Of a stretch of 64,000 nt of DNA, positions 35,801-50,800 are shown piece by piece. This DNA is from Pelagomonas calceolata. Its lineage: Eukaryota. The number at the start of each line of letters is the position of its first letter. Position 1 is the first letter of the stretch. The notes beneath the pieces were generated by a model. That model was given only the letters and a program-made list of their open reading frames with translations, was not told where the DNA came from and searched no databases. The DNA is taken from positions 1,488,001 to 1,552,000 of the forward strand of contig CAKKNE010000002.1 of the NCBI GenBank assembly GCA_918797485.1, in the 5' to 3' direction. Both the position numbers and the translations under genes were made by a program.

Positions 35801-38800
35801 TGCGCGCCCAGAGACAGACGGTTCGATCGGCGTCGCCGTCGAGGTCTTGCACCACCTCCCAGGGAAGCCAGACGGAGTCCCCGTGATCGGCGTCCAACAC
35901 GATCGCCGTACCACCGTCCCGGCCCTCGGTCGTGGCCAAGGTCTCGGGCGTGCCGTGCCAGGTGTGATGAGCGTCTTGCGTCGTCCCGTCGACGAACGGA
36001 TAGTACGCCACCAGCGAGCCCTCAAACAAATGGCTCGTCGGCACGGGCGTGACCGTCGGCGCCGCGCTCACGCTGCCGTAGAGCACCTCAATGTCCGACG
36101 CGTCCAGGGCGCTCGCGTAGACATAGACCTCGTCCAGCGCCGCGCTCAGGGAATCACTGTACATCTGGCTCATTCCGAGAGACATCCAGCGCCCCTCTTC
36201 TATCTTCGTGTCGAGGCTTAGAGTCTCCTGCAACTGTTGGTCGCCGTCGAAGTAGAAGGCCAGCGTCGACTCGCCGCCGCGGCTCGGGCCGTCGTACGTG
36301 AGACAGAAGTGATGAAATTCTCGCCAGTCGATTGTTCGGCCGAGGCTCACTGACGCTCGCGTGTCGTCGGCGATGATCACCAGATCGCCTTCCGCGGTGC
36401 CGACGCGCAGGCCAAAGGACGCATAGAGTTCGGTCGTGAGCCGTCGCCGCCGCGACGCTGGCGCGTAACTATACGAGTAGGAGTGCGACGCAGGGGGGCA
36501 GCAATTCGTGTTCTTCAGCCCACCGTACCAATTGTAGATTTCTGAGCAGCCCGAACCTCCGGTTGCGTCCCCGCTCTCCCGATGTCGGGTGTCGATCTCC
36601 TCGCAAGTTTGCGTGCACGAGTGCCCTGCGGCTCGCATATCGTCGTCGGACATTCCATTAGTGCTGGGTTCCACACCGTTACCGCTCTGCCAGCTCCCGC
36701 ATGCGTTGCCGTCGAGCATCTCGCCCACCTGGCAGATTCCATTGGGCATCGGGCCGCACTCGTCGCCTCCGTCGTACGAACCGCCGTAGTGGAACAGGTA
36801 GCCGCCGTTCCACTCGTCAATGCGCGCCCAGAGACACAGGGTTCGATCGGCGTCACCGTCGAGGTCTCGCACCACCTCCCAGGGAAGCCAGACGGACTCC
36901 CAGCGCTCCGCGTCCAACACGATCGCCGTACCACCGTCCCGGCCCTCGGTCGTGGCCAAGGTCTCGGGCGTGCCGTGCCAGGTGTGATGAGCGTCTTGCG
37001 TCGTCCCGTCGACGAACGGATAGTACGCCACCAGCGAGCCCTCAAACAAATGGCTCGTCGGCACGGGCGTGACCGTCGGCGCCGCGCTCACGCTGCCGTA
37101 GAGCACCGCAATGGCCGACGCGTCCAGGGCGCTCGCGTAGATGTAGGCTTCGTCGAGGGCGCCGCTGAGCGGGCGTTCGTACGTGGCGTCGGTGCCGAGG
37201 CGCATGGCCGTCCCTTCCGGCGCAGTGTCCAGGAGCACGTTCTCGGCGGCCCACTGCTTGTCGCCGTCGAAGTAGAAAGTAAGATCCGAGTTCCCGCCTC
37301 GACTGGGCCCGTCATACGTGAGACAGAAGTGATGGAACTCTCGCCAGTCGATGCGGCGGCCCAAGTCCACGATTTGCCTCCCGCCTACGATCTCGAGCTG
37401 GCCCTCGACGTTTCCGGCGCAGAGGCCAAATGTCTGCTCCGCAAACTCTACCGTTTGGTCCGCGCCCGTCGCAGTTTCGGCCGAGTACGAGTACGAGTAG
37501 GATCCGGCGAGGAGGCGTCGCCGCCTCGAAGCCGACGAACCGCCGTACGAGTAGGAGTAAGAGTAGGACATCGCGGCCCCGGTGGCCACATCTGATCCTG
37601 CCCCGTCGCCGCCGCTGCTGGTCACCTGCGAACCGTCGCCGCCGTAGTGGAACAAGCACCCACCTTTCCACTCGTCGATGCGCGCCCACAAACACACAGT
37701 CCGGTCGGCGTCGCCGAGCACGTCCTGCGTCGCCTCTGAGGGCAGCGTGACGGCAGCTCCGTGGTCCAGGGCGATCGCCGTACCACCGTCTCGGCCCTCG
37801 GTCGTGGCCAAGGTCTCGGGCGTGCCGTGCCAGGTGTGATGAGCGTCTTGCGTCGTCCCGTCGACGAACGGATAGTACGCCACCAGCGAGCCCTCAAACA
37901 AATGGCTCGTCGGCACGGGCGTGACCGTCGGCGCCGCGCTCACGCTGCCGTAGAGCACCTCAATGTCCGACGCGTCCAGGGCGCTCGCGTAGACATAGAC
38001 CTCGTCCAGCGCCGCGCTCAGGGAATCACTGTACATCTGGCTCATTCCGAGAGACATCCAGCGCCCCTCTTCTATCTTGGTGTCGAGGCTTAGAGTCTCC
38101 TGCAATTGCTGGTCGCCGTCGAAGTAGAAGGCCAGCGTCGACTCGCCGCCGCGGCTCGGGCCGTCGTACGTGAGACAGAAGTGATGAAATACTCGCCAGT
38201 CGATTGTGCGGCCGAGGCTGACTGACGCTCGAGTGTCGTCGGCGATGATCACCAGATCGCCTTCCGCGGTGCCGACGCGCAGGCCAAAGGACGCATAGAG
38301 TTCGGTCTGTTCGTCGTGCGTGAGCCGTCGCCGCCGCCGCGTCGCATCGCCCGCAGGGCTGGAGCCGAGGGTAGGATGGTACGTCGGCCTTGGCACTGTC
38401 GGCCGAGGTGTCGGGGCGCTCGACGGTACGTAGCTCGGCGGCGCAGTCGTGGGGACCCGCGTGAGGTAGCTTGGCGCCGCGGTCTCCTCGACCGTCGGCT
38501 CGTAGGTCTCTTGCAACGTCGGCGCGTACGACCCTGGGTGGGAGGAGCCGCCGTAGTGGAACAGGTAGCCGCCGTTCCACTCGTCAATGCGCGCCCAGAG
38601 ACAGACGGTTCGATCGGCGTCACCGTCGAGGTCTTGCACCACCTCCCAGGGAAGCCAGACGGAGTCCCCGTGATCGGCGTCCAACACGATCGCCGTACCA
38701 CCGTCTCGGCCCTCGGTCGTGGTCATGCTCTCGGGGTAGCCGTGCCAGGTGTGATGAGCGTCTTGCGTCGTCCCGTCGACGAACGGATAGTACGCCACCA

Positions 38801-41800
38801 GCGAGCCCTCAAACAAATGGCTCGTCGGCACGGGCGTGACCGTCGGCGCCGCGCTCACGCTGCCGTAGAGCACGGCGACGGCCGACGCGTCCAAGGCGCT
38901 CGCGTAGATGTAGGCCTCGTCGAGGGCGCCGGTCAGCGGGCGATCGTACGTGGCGTCGGTGCCGAGGCGCATGGCCGTCCCTTCCGGCGCCGTGTCGAGG
39001 AGCACATTCTCGGTCCACTGCTTGTCGCCGTCGAAGTAGAAAGTAAGGTCCGAGTTCCCGCCTCGGCTGGGCCCGTCATACGTGAGACAGAAGTGATGGA
39101 ATTCTCGCCAGTCGATTGTGCGGCCCAGGTCAACGGTTCGACTCCCGCCCACGATCTCGAGCTGGCCCTCAACGGTTCCGGCGCAGAGGCCAAATGTCTC
39201 CTCCGCATACTCTACCGTGTGGTCCGCGCCCGTCGCAGTTTCGGCTGAGTACGAGTACGAGTAGGATCCGGCGAGGCGGCGTCGCCGCCTCGACGCCGAC
39301 GAACCGCCGTACGAGTAGGAGTAAGAGTAGGATATCGCGGCCCCGGTGGCATCCTCACCCCCCCGCGCGCAGGAATCGGTCACCCAGGTGCCGTCGCAGT
39401 TCGCCTCCTCGATGAACGCGACGCAGTCATACTTGGACCGGTCCTCGCCATAGGATTGGATGGAGTAGCGCAGCACGAAATTCTCCGGGCAGCACCCCTG
39501 TGATGCGACCTCCTCCAAAGTCGTGGCGCCATTGCAGTTGGCGAATTCGCAACCGTAGCAATACGTGCAGCAGCTTGCGCCGTCGCCGCCGCTGCTGGTA
39601 ACCTGCGAACCGTCGCCGCCGTAGTAGAACAAGCACCCACCTTTCCACTCGTCGATACGCGCCCACAAACACACAGTCCGGTCGGCGTCGCCGAGCATGT
39701 CCTGCGTCGCCTCCCAGGGAAGCGTGACGGCTGCTCCGTGCTCCAACACGATCGCCGTCGAACCGTCCCGGCCCTCGGTCGTGGTCATGCTCTCGGGGTA
39801 GCCGTGCCAGGTGTGATGAGCGTCTTGCGTCGTCCCGTCGACGAACGGATAGTACGCCACCAGCGAGCCCTCAAACAAATGGCTCGTCGGCACGGGCGTG
39901 ACCGTCGGCGCCGCGCTCACGCTGCCGTAGAGCACCTCAATGTCCGACGCGTCCAGGGCGCTCGCGTAGATGTAGACCTCGTCCAGCGCCGCGCTCAGGG
40001 AATCACTGTACATCTGGCTCATTCCGAGAGACATCCAGCGCCCCTCTTCTATCTTGGTGTTGAGGCTTAGAGTCTCCTGCAATTGCTGGTCGCCGTCGAA
40101 GTAGAAGGCCAGCGTCGACTCGCCGCCGCGGCTCGGGCCGTCGTACGTGAGACAGAAGTGATGAAATACTCGCCAGTCGATTGTGCGGCCGAGGCTGACT
40201 GACGCTCGAGTGTCGTCGGCGATGATCACCAGATCGCCTTCCGCGGTGCCGACGCGCAGGCCAAAGGACGCATAGAGTTCGGTCTGTTCGTCGTGCGTGA
40301 GCCGTCGCCGCCGCCGCGTCGCATCGCCCGCAGGGCTGGAGCCGAGGGTAGGATGGTACGTCGGCCTTGGCACTGTCGGCCGAGGTGTCGGGGCGCTCGA
40401 CGGTACGTAGCTCGGCGGCGCAGTCGTGGGGACCCGCGTGAGGTAGCTTGGCGCCGCGGTCTTCTCGACCGTCGGCTCGTAGGTCTCTTGCAACGTCGGC
40501 GCGTACGATCCTGGGTCGGAGGAGCCGCCGTAGTGGAACAGGTAGCCGCCGTTCCACTCGTCAATGCGCGCCCAGAGACAGACGGTTCGATCGGCGCCAC
40601 CGTCGAGGTCTCGCACCACCTCCCAGGGAAGCCAGACGGAGTCCCCGTGATCGGCGTCCAACACGATCGCCGTACCACCGTCCCGGCCCTCGGTCGTGGC
40701 CAAGGTCTCGGGGTAGCCGTTCCAGGTGTGATGAGCGTCTTGCGTCGTCCCGTTGACGAACGGATAGTACGCCACCAGCGAGCCCTCAAACAAATGGCTC
40801 GTCGGCACGGGCGTGACCGTCGGCGCCGCGCTCACGCTGCCGTAGAGCACCTCAATGGCCGACGCGTCCAGCGCATTCGCGTAGATGTAGGCCTCGTCGA
40901 GGGCGCCGGTCAGCGGGCGATCGTACGTGGCGTCGGTGCCTAGGCGCATGGCCGTCCCTTCCGGCGCCGTGTCGAGGAGCACATTCTCGGTCCACTGCTT
41001 GTCGCCGTCGAAGTAGAAAGTAAGGTCCGAGTTCCCGCCTCGGCTGGGCCCGTCATACGTGAGACAGAAGTGATGGAATTCTCGCCAGTCGATTGTGCGG
41101 CCCAGGTCAACGGTTCGACTCCCGCCCACGATCTCGAGCTGGCCCTCAACGGTTCCGGCGCAGAGGCCAAATGTCTCCTCCGCATACTCTACCGTGTGGT
41201 CCGCGCCCGTCGCAGTTTCGGCTGAGTACGAGTACGAGTAGGATCCGGCGAGGCGGCGTCGCCGCCTCGACGCCGACGAACCGCCGTACGAGTAGGAGTA
41301 AGAGTAGGATATCGCGCCCCCGTCGCCGCCGCTGCTGGTCCCGTGTGAGCTGTCTTGCCCGCTGCAGCCCCGCAAGGACCCACAGCCCTCGTCCCGGAAC
41401 CAGCGACCGATGTCCGAGCCGTCGTCGAAGTCGCAGCCGCCGCTCACGAACGCTGCGAGCTCGCTCTCCCCGATGGCGTCGCGGCAAATGTCGCAGTCTT
41501 CTCCCAAACAGTCACTGCAGATCTCCGAGTGCGGCTCGTTGCCCTCGCACTGGGAGTTCACGCACGCGAGACAGCTGTCCATCTCGACACTGCCTCCGTA
41601 ATAGAACAAGCACCCACCTTTCCACTCGTCGATTCGGGCCCACAAACACACAGTCCGGTCTGCGTCGCCGAGCATGTCCTGCGTTGCCTCCCAGGGGAGC
41701 GTGACGGCTGCTCCGTGCTCCAACACGATCGCCGTACCACCGTCTCGGCCCTCGGTCGTGGTCATGCTCTCGGGCGTGCCGTGCCAGCTGTGATGAGCGT

Positions 41801-44800
41801 CTTGCGTCGTCCCGCCGACGAACGGATAGTACGCCACCAGCGAGCCCTCAAACAAATGGCTCGTCGGCACGGGCGTGACCGTCGGCGCCGCGCTCACGCT
41901 GCCGTAGAGCACCTCAATGTCCGACGCGTCCAGGGCGCTCGCGTAGACATAGACCTCGTCCAGCGCCGCGCTCAGGGAATCACTGGACATCTGGCTCATT
42001 CCGAGAGACATCCAGCGCCCCTCTTCTATCTTGGTGTTGAGGCTTAGAGTCTCCTGCAATTGCTGGTCGCCGTCGAAGTAGAAGGCCAGCGTCGACTCGC
42101 CGCCGCGGCTCGGGCCGTCGTACGTGAGACAGAAGTGATGAAATACTCGCCAGTCGATTGTGCGGCCGAGGCTGACTGACGCTCGAGTGTCGTCGGCGAT
42201 GATCACCAGATCGCCTTCCGCGGTGCCGACGCGCAGGCCAAAGGACGCATAGAGTTCGGTCTGTTCGTCGTGCGTGAGCCGTCGCCGCCGCCGCGTCGCA
42301 TCGCCCGCAGGGCTGGAGCCGAGGGTAGGATGGTACGTCGGCCTTGGCACTGTCGGCCGAGGTGTCGGGGCGCTCGACGGTACGTAGCTCGGCGGTGCAG
42401 TCGTGGGGACCCGCGTGAGGTAGCTCGGCGCCGCGGTCTCCTCGACCGTCGGCTCGTAGGTCTCTTGCAACGTCGGCTCGTAGGTCTTGCAACGCGTCGG
42501 CGCGCACGATCCTGGGTGAGGGCGCCGTAGTGGAACATGTAGCCGCCGTTCCACTCGTCAATGCGCGCCCAGAGACAGACGGTTCGATCGGCGCCACCGT
42601 CGAGGTCTCGCACCACCTCCCAGGGAAGCCAAACGGAGTCCCCGTGATCGGCGTCCAACACGATCGCCGTACCACCGTCTCGGCCCTCGGTCGTGGTCAT
42701 GCTCTCGGGGTAGCCGTTCCAGGTGTGATGAGCGTCTTGCGTCGTCCCGTCGACGAACGGATAGTACGCCACCAGCGAGCCCTCAAACAAATGGCTCGTC
42801 GGCACGGGCGTGACCGTCGGCGCCGCGCTCACGCTGCCGTAGAGCACGGCGACGGCCGACGCGTCCAAGGCGCTCGCGTAGATGTAGGCCTCGTCGAGGG
42901 CGCCGGTCAGCGGGCGATCGTACGTGGCGTCGGTGCCGAGGCGCATGGCCGTCCCTTCCGGCGCCGTGTCGAGGAGCACGTTCTCGGTCCACTGCTTGTC
43001 GCCGTCGAAGTAGAAAGTAAGATCCGAGTTCCCGCCTCGACTGGGCCCGTCATACGTGAGACAGAAGTGATGGAACTCTCGCCAGTCGATGCGGCGGCCC
43101 AAGTCCACGATTTGCCTCCCGCCTACGATCTCGAGCTGGCCCTCAACGGTTCCGGCGCAGAGGCCAAATGTCTCCTCCGCATACTCTACCGTGTGGTCCG
43201 CGCCCGTCGCAGTTTCGGCTGAGTACGAGTACGAGTAGGATCCGGCGAGGCGGCGTCGCCGCCTCGACGCCGACGAACCGCCGTACGAGTAGGAGTAAGA
43301 GTAGGATATCGCGCCCCCGTCGCCGCCGCTGCTGGTCCCGTGTGAGCTGTCTTGCCCGCTGCAGCCCCGCAAGGACCCACAGCCCTCGTCCCGGAACCAG
43401 CGACCGATGTCCGAGCCGTCGTCGAAGTCGCAGCCGCCGCTCACGAACGCTGCGAGCTCGCTCTCCCCGATGGCGTCGCGGCAAATGTCGCAGTCTTCTC
43501 CCAAACAGTCACTGCAGATCTCCGAGTGCGGCTCGTTGCCCTCGCACTGGGAGTTCACGCACGCGAGACAGCTGTCCATCTCGACACTGCCTCCGTAATA
43601 GAACAAGCACCCACCTTTCCACTCGTCAATGCGCGCCCACAAACACACAGTCCGGTCCGCGTCGCCGAGCATGTCCTGCGTTGCCTCCCAGGGGAGCGTG
43701 ACGGCTGCTCCGTGCTCCAACACGATCGCCGTACCACCGTCTCGGCCCTCGGTCGTAGTCATGCTCTCGGGCGTGCCGTGCCAGCTGTGATGAGCGTCTT
43801 GCGTCGTCCCGTCGACGAACGGATAGTACGCCACCAGCGAACCCTCGAACAAATGGCTCGTCGGCACGGGCGTGACCGTCGGCGCCGCGCTCACGCTGCC
43901 GTAGAGCACCTCAATGTCCGACGCGTCCAGCGCGCTCGCGTAGACATAGACCTCGTCCAGTGCCGCGCTCAGGGAATCACTGTACATCTGGCTCATTCCG
44001 AGAGACATCCAGCGCCCCTCCTCTATCTTCGTGTCGAGGCTTAGAGTCTCCTGCAACTGCTGGTCGCCGTCGAAGTAGAAGGCCAGCGTCGACTCGCCGC
44101 CGCGGCTCGGGCCGTCGTACGTGAGACAGAAGTGATGAAATACTCGCCAGTCGATTGTGCGGCCGAGGCTGACTGACGCTCGAGTGTCGTCGGCGATGAT
44201 CACCAGATCGCCTTCCGCGGTGCCGACGCGCAGGCCAAAGGACGCATAGAGTTCGGTCTGTTCGTCGTGCGTGAGCCGTCGCCGCCGCCGCGTCGCATCG
44301 CCCGCAGGGCTGGAGCCGAGGGTAGGATGGTACGTCGGCCTTGGCACTGTCGGCCGAGGTGTCGGGGCGCTCGACGGTACGTAGCTCGGCGGCGCAGTCG
44401 TGGGGACCCGCGTGAGGTAGCTCGGCGCCGCGGTCTCCTCGACCGTCGGCTCGTAGGTCTCTTGCAACGTCGGCGCGTAGGTCTCTTGCAACGTCGGCGC
44501 GTACGATCCTGGGTCGGAGGAGCCGCCGTAGTGGAACAGGTAGCCGCCGTTCCACTCGTCAATGCGCGCCCAGAGACAGACGGTTCGATCGGCGCCACCG
44601 TCGAGGTCTCGCACCACCTCCCAGGGAAGCCAAACGGAGTCCCCGTGATCGGCGTCCAACACGATCGCCGTACCACCGTCTCGGCCCTCGGTCGTGGTCA
44701 TGCTCTCGGGGTAGCCGTTCCAGGTGTGATGAGCGTCTTGCGTCGTCCCGTCGACGAACGGATAGTACGCCACCAGCGAGCCCTCAAACAAATGGCTCGT

Positions 44801-47800
44801 CGGCACGGGCGTGACCGTCGGCGCCGCGCTCACGCTGCCGTAGAGCACCTCAATGGCCGACGCGTCCAGGGCGCTCGCGTAGACATAGACCTCGTCCAGC
44901 GCCGCGCTCAGGGAATCACTGTACATCTGGCTCATTCCGAGAGACATCCAGCGCCCCTCCTCTATCTTCGTGTCGAGGCTTAGAGTCTCCTGCAACTGCT
45001 GGTCGCCGTCGAAGTAGAAGGCCAGCGTCGACTCGCCGCCGCGGCTCGGGCCGTCGTACGTGAGACAGAAGTGATGAAATACTCGCCAGTCGATTGTGCG
45101 GCCGAGGCTGACTGACGCTCGAGTGTCGTCGGCGATGATCACCAGATCGCCTTCCGCGGTGCCGACGCGCAGGCCAAAGGACGCATAGAGTTCGGTCTGT
45201 TCGTCGTGCGTGAGCCGTCGCCGCCGCCGCGTCGCATCGCCCGCAGGGCTGGAGCCGAGGGTAGGATGGTACGTCGGCCTTGGCACTGTCGGCCGAGGTG
45301 TCGGGGCGCTCGACGGTACGTAGCTCGGCGGTGCAGTCGTGGGGACCCGCGTGAGGTAGCTCGGCGCCGCGGTCTCCTCGACCGTCGGCTCGTAGGTCTC
45401 TTGCAACGTCGGCTCGTAGGTCTCTTGCAACGTCGGCGCGTACGATCCTGGGTCGGAGGAGCCGCCGTAGTGGAACATGTAGCCGCCGTTCCACTCGTCA
45501 ATGCGCGCCCAGAGACACACAGTCCGGTCCGCGTCACCGTCGAGGTCTCGCACCACCTCCCAGGGAAGCCAGACGGAGTCCCCGTGATCGGCGTCCAACA
45601 CGATCGCCGTCGAACCGTCCCGGCCCTCGGTCGTGGTCATGCTCTCGGGGTAGCCGTTCCAGGTGTGATGAGCGTCTTGAATCGTCCCGTTGACGAACGG
45701 ATAGTACGCCACCAGCGAGCCCTCAAACAAATGGCTCGTCGGCACGGGCGTGACCGTCGGCGCCGCGCTCACGCTGCCGTAGAGCACGGCGACGGCCGAC
45801 GCGTCCAAGGCGCTCGCGTAGATGTAGACCTCGTCCAGCGCCGCGCTCAGGGAATCACTGTACATCTGGCTCATTCCGAGAGACATCCAGCGCCCCTCCT
45901 CTATCTTCGTGTCGAGGCTTAGAGTCTCCTGCAACTGCTGGTCGCCGTCGAAGTAGAAGGCCAGCGTCGACTCGCCGCCGCGGCTCGGGCCGTCGTACGT
46001 GAGACAGAAGTGATGAAATACTCGCCAGTCGATTGTGCGGCCGAGGCTGACTGACGCTCGAGTGTCGTCGGCGATGATCACCAGATCGCCTTCCGCGGTG
46101 CCGACGCGCAGGCCAAAGGACGCCGAGAGCTCGGTCGTGAGCCGTCGCCGCCGCGACGCTGGCGCGTAACTATACGAGTAGGAGTACGAGTAGGAGATTG
46201 CGTTCTCGCCTTCGTCGCCCTCGTCGGGGCCACACTCGTGCGGCAGCGATGCGACCGCCGAGTCGCGAGTGATGAGGTAGACTTCCTCATCTCCGACATC
46301 TTGCATGCACTGACAGTCGTTCTGGCAGTAGCAGTCGCCGCCGTCCACCCAGTCGATGGCCACCAAATTATCTCCGTACGCCTCCACACACATCTCCGAA
46401 CAGTCGCCCGGCGACGCCGTGCAGCCAATGTGCTCATCCAGATCGCTGTTGCACCACCCGTTCCCGGCGCCGTGGTTCGTCGTGCCGCTTGGAGAGGAGG
46501 TGAGGTCGCCGGACGTCTCGATGTTACATGACACGCAGTCCTCGTATGAGCACCCTGGCAACTGTCCCACCTCGTCGACCGTGCCGTCGAGGTCTTCGTC
46601 GTAATAATAGGTATTCGTACCCGGCTCGCAGGTGAATCGGCCGCCCATTTCGGCCGTAAAGTCGTGTGTCGCCGCGCAGTCGTCGCATGATTGGCATCCA
46701 AAGCCCTGCATCACCGTTCCATCCTCTCGGCACTCCATAACATGATACCCCGGCGTGCAGCCCTCGCCACTGCCTCCGTAATGGAACAGGTAGCCGCCTT
46801 TCCACTCGTCAATGCGCGCCCAGAGACAGACGGTTCGATCGGCGTCGCCGTCGAGGTCTCGCACCACCTCCCAGGGAAGCGTGACGGCTGCTCCGTGCTC
46901 CAACACGATCGCCGTACCACCGTCTCGGCCCTCGGTCGTGGTCATGCTCTCGGGCGTGCCGTGCCAGGTGTGATGAGCGTCTTGCGTCGTCCCGTTGACG
47001 AACGGATAGTACGCCACGAGCGAGCCCTCAAACAAATGGCTCGTCGGCACGGGCGTGACCGTCGGCGCCGCGCTCACGCTGCCGTAGAGCACCTCAATGT
47101 CCGACGCGTCCAAGGCGCTCGCGTAGATGTAGGCCTCGTCCAGCGCCGCGCTCAGGGAATCACTGTACATCTGGCTCATTCCGAGAGACATCCAGCGCCC
47201 CTCTTCTATCTTGGTGTTGAGGCTTAGAGTCTCCTGCAATTGCTGGTCGCCGTCGAAGTAGAAGGCCAGCGTCGACTCGCCGCCGCGGCTCGGGCCGTCG
47301 TACGTGAGACAGAAGTGATGAAATACTCGCCAGTCGATTGTGCGGCCGAGGCTGACTGACGCTCGCGTGTCGTCGGCGATGATCACCAGATCGCCTTCCG
47401 CGGTGCCGACGCGCAGGCCAAAGGACGCATAGAGTTCGGTCTGTTCGTCGTGCGTGAGCCGTCGCCGCCGCCGCGTCGCATCGCCCGCAGGGCTGGAGCC
47501 GAGGGTAGGATGGTACGTCGGCCTTGGCACTGTCGGCCGAGCTGTAGGAGCGCTCGACGGTACGTAGCTCGGCGGTGCAGTCGTGGGGACCCGCGTGAGG
47601 TAGCTCGGCGCCGCGGTCTCCTCGACCGTCGGCTCGTAGGTCTCTTGCAACGTCGGCTCGTAGGTCTCTTGCAACGTCGGCGCGTACGATCCTGGGTCGG
47701 AGGAGCCGCCGTAGTGGAACAGGTAGCCGCCGTTCCACTCGTCAATGCGCGCCCAGAGACAGACGGTTCGATCGGCGTCACCGTCGAGGTCTTGCACCAC

Positions 47801-50800
47801 CTCCCAGGGAAGCCAGACGGAGTCCCCGTGATCGGCGTCCAACACGATCGCCGTACCACCGTCTCGGCCCTCGGTCGTGGTCATGCTCTCGGGGTAGCCG
47901 TGCCAGGTGTGATGAGCGTCTTGCGTCGTCCCGTCGACGAACGGATAGTACGCCACCAGCGAGCCCTCAAACAAATGGCTCGTCGGCACGGGCGTGACCG
48001 TCGGCGCCGCGCTCACGCTGCCGTAGAGCACGGCGACGGCCGACGCGTCCAAGGCGCTCGCGTAGATGTAGGCCTCGTCGAGGGCGCCGGTCAGCGGGCG
48101 ATCGTACGTGGCGTCGGTGCCGAGGCGCATGGCCGTCCCTTCCGGCGCCGTGTCGAGGAGCACATTCTCGGTCCACTGCTTGTCGCCGTCGAAGTAGAAA
48201 GTAAGGTCCGAGTTCCCGCCTCGGCTGGGCCCGTCATACGTGAGACAGAAGTGATGGAATTCTCGCCAGTCGATTGTGCGGCCCAGGTCAACGGTTCGAC
48301 TCCCGCCCACGATCTCGAGCTGGCCCTCAACGGTTCCGGCGCAGAGGCCAAATGTCTCCTCCGCATACTCTACCGTGTGGTCCGCGCCCGTCGCAGTTTC
48401 GGCTGAGTACGAGTACGAGTAGGATCCGGCGAGGCGGCGTCGCCGCCTCGACGCCGACGAACCGCCGTACGAGTAGGAGTAAGAGTAGGAGTACGACTGG
48501 GACATCCTCGACGCCGTCGAGCCGCCGTACGAGTAGGAGTAAGAGTAGGACAGCGCGGCCCCGGTGGTGTCCTCATCCCCGCGGGCGCAGTAATCCGTCG
48601 CCCAGGTGCCGTCGCAGTTCGCCTCCTCGATGAACGCGACGCAGTCATACTTGGACTGGTCCTCGCCATAGGATTGGATGGAGTAGCGCAGCACGAAATT
48701 CTCCGGGCAGCACCCCTGTGATGCGACCTCCTCCAACGTCGTGGCGCCATTGCAGTTGGCGAATTCGCAACCGTAGCAATACGTGCAGCAGCTTGCGCCG
48801 TCGCCGCCGCTGCTGGTCCCGTGCGAACTGTCACCGCCGTAGTAGAACAAGCACCCACCGTTCCACTCGTCGATTCGCGCCCACATACACACAGTCCGGT
48901 CAGCGTCGCCGAGCACATCCTGCGTCGCCTCTGGGGGCAGCGTGACGGCAGCTCCGTGGTCCAGGGCGATCGCCGTACCACCGTCTCGGCCCTCGATCGT
49001 GGCCATGGTCTCGGGCGTGCCGTCCCAGGTGTGATGAGCGTCTTGCGTCGTCCCGTTGACGAACGGATAGTACGCCACGAGCGTGCCCTCGAACAAATGG
49101 CTCGTCGGCACCGGCGTGACCGTCGGCGCCGCGCTCACGCTGCCGTAGAGCACCTCAATGTCCGACGCGTCCAGGGCGCTCGCGTAGACATAGACCTCGT
49201 CCAGCGCCGCGCTCAGGGAATCACTGTACATCTGGCTCATTCCGAGAGACATCCCGGTACCATCGTTGGTCTTGGTGTTGAGGCTTAGAGTCTCCTGCAA
49301 CTGTTGGTCGCCGTCGAAGTAGAAGGCCAGCGTCGACTCGCCGCCGCGGCTCGGGCCGTCGTACGTGAGACAGAAGTGATGAAATACTCGCCAGTCGATT
49401 GTGCGGCCGAGGCTCACTGACGCTCGCGTGTCGTCGGCGATGATCACCAGATCGCCTTCCGCGGTGCCGACGCGCAGGCCAAAGGACGCATAGAGTTCGG
49501 TCTGTTCGTCGTGCGTGAGCCGTCGCCGCCGCCGCGTCGCATCGCCCGCAGGGCTGGAGCCGAGGGTAGGATGGTACGTCGGCCTTGGCACTGTCGGCCG
49601 AGGTGTCGGGGCGCTCGACGGTACGTAGCTCGGCGGCGCAGTCGTGGGGACCCGCGTGAGGTAGCTCGGCGCCGCGGTCTCCTCGACCGTCGGCTCGTAG
49701 GTCTCTTGCAACGTCGGCGCGTACGACCCTGGGTCGGAGGAGCCGCCGTAGTGGAACAGGTAGCCGCCGTTCCACTCGTCAATGCGCGCCCAGAGACAGA
49801 CGGTTCGATCGGCGTCGCCGTCGAGGTCTTGCACCACCTCCCAGGGAAGCCAAACGGAGTCCCCGTGATCGGCGTCCAACACGATCGCCGTACCACCGTC
49901 CCGGCCCTCGGTCGTGGTCATGCTCTCGGGGTAGCCGTTCCAGGTGTGATGAGCGTCTTGCGTCGTCCCGTCGACGAACGGATAGTACGCCAACAGCGAG
50001 CCCTCAAACAAATGGCTCGTCGGCACGGGCGTGACCGTCGGCGCCGCGCTCACGCTGCCGTAGAGCACGGCGACGGCCGACGCGTCCAGCGCACTCGCGT
50101 AGATGTAGGCCTCGTCGAGGGCGCCGGTCAGCGGGCGATCGTACGTGGCGTCGGTGCCGAGGCGCATGGCCGTCCCTTCCGGCGCAGTGTCGAGGAGCAC
50201 ATTCTCGGTCCACTGCTTGTCGCCGTCGAAGTAGAAAGTAAGGTTCGAGTTCCCGCCTCGGCTGGGCCCGTCATACGTGAGACAGAAGTGATGGAATTCT
50301 CGCCAGTCGATTGTGCGGCCCAGGTCAACGGTTCGACTCCCGCCCACGATCTCGAGCTGGCCCTCAACGGTTCCGGCGCAGAGGCCAAATGTCTGCTCCG
50401 CATACTCTACCGTGGTGTAGTAGTCGTCTGCTGTTCCGTAGTACACGCCGTCGTTGGTGTAGTAGTCGTCTGCTGCTCCGTAGTACACGCCGTCGTTGGT
50501 GTAGTAGTCGTCTGCTGTTCCGTAGTACACGCCGTCGTTGGTGTAGTAGTCGTCCGCTGCTCCGTAGTACACGCCGTCGTTGGTGTAGTAGTCGTCTGCT
50601 GCTCCATAGTAATATGGCTGCTGGTCCGCGCCCGTCGCAGTTTCGGCTGAGTACGAGTACGAGTAGGATCCGGCGAGGCGGCGTCGCCGCCTCGACGCCG
50701 ACGAACCGCCGTACGAGTAGGAGTAAGAGTAGGACATCGCGGCCCCGGTGGCGTCCTCGCCGTCGTTGGTGTAGTAGTCGTCTGCTGCTCCGTAGTACAC

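Noticed and set aside
42203..42554. Two separate giant genes, or programmed frameshifting
   Set aside because: The break falls mid-repeat with several clustered indels relative to sister copies. There is no slippery heptamer, no splice signals, and no signal peptide for the downstream ORF.
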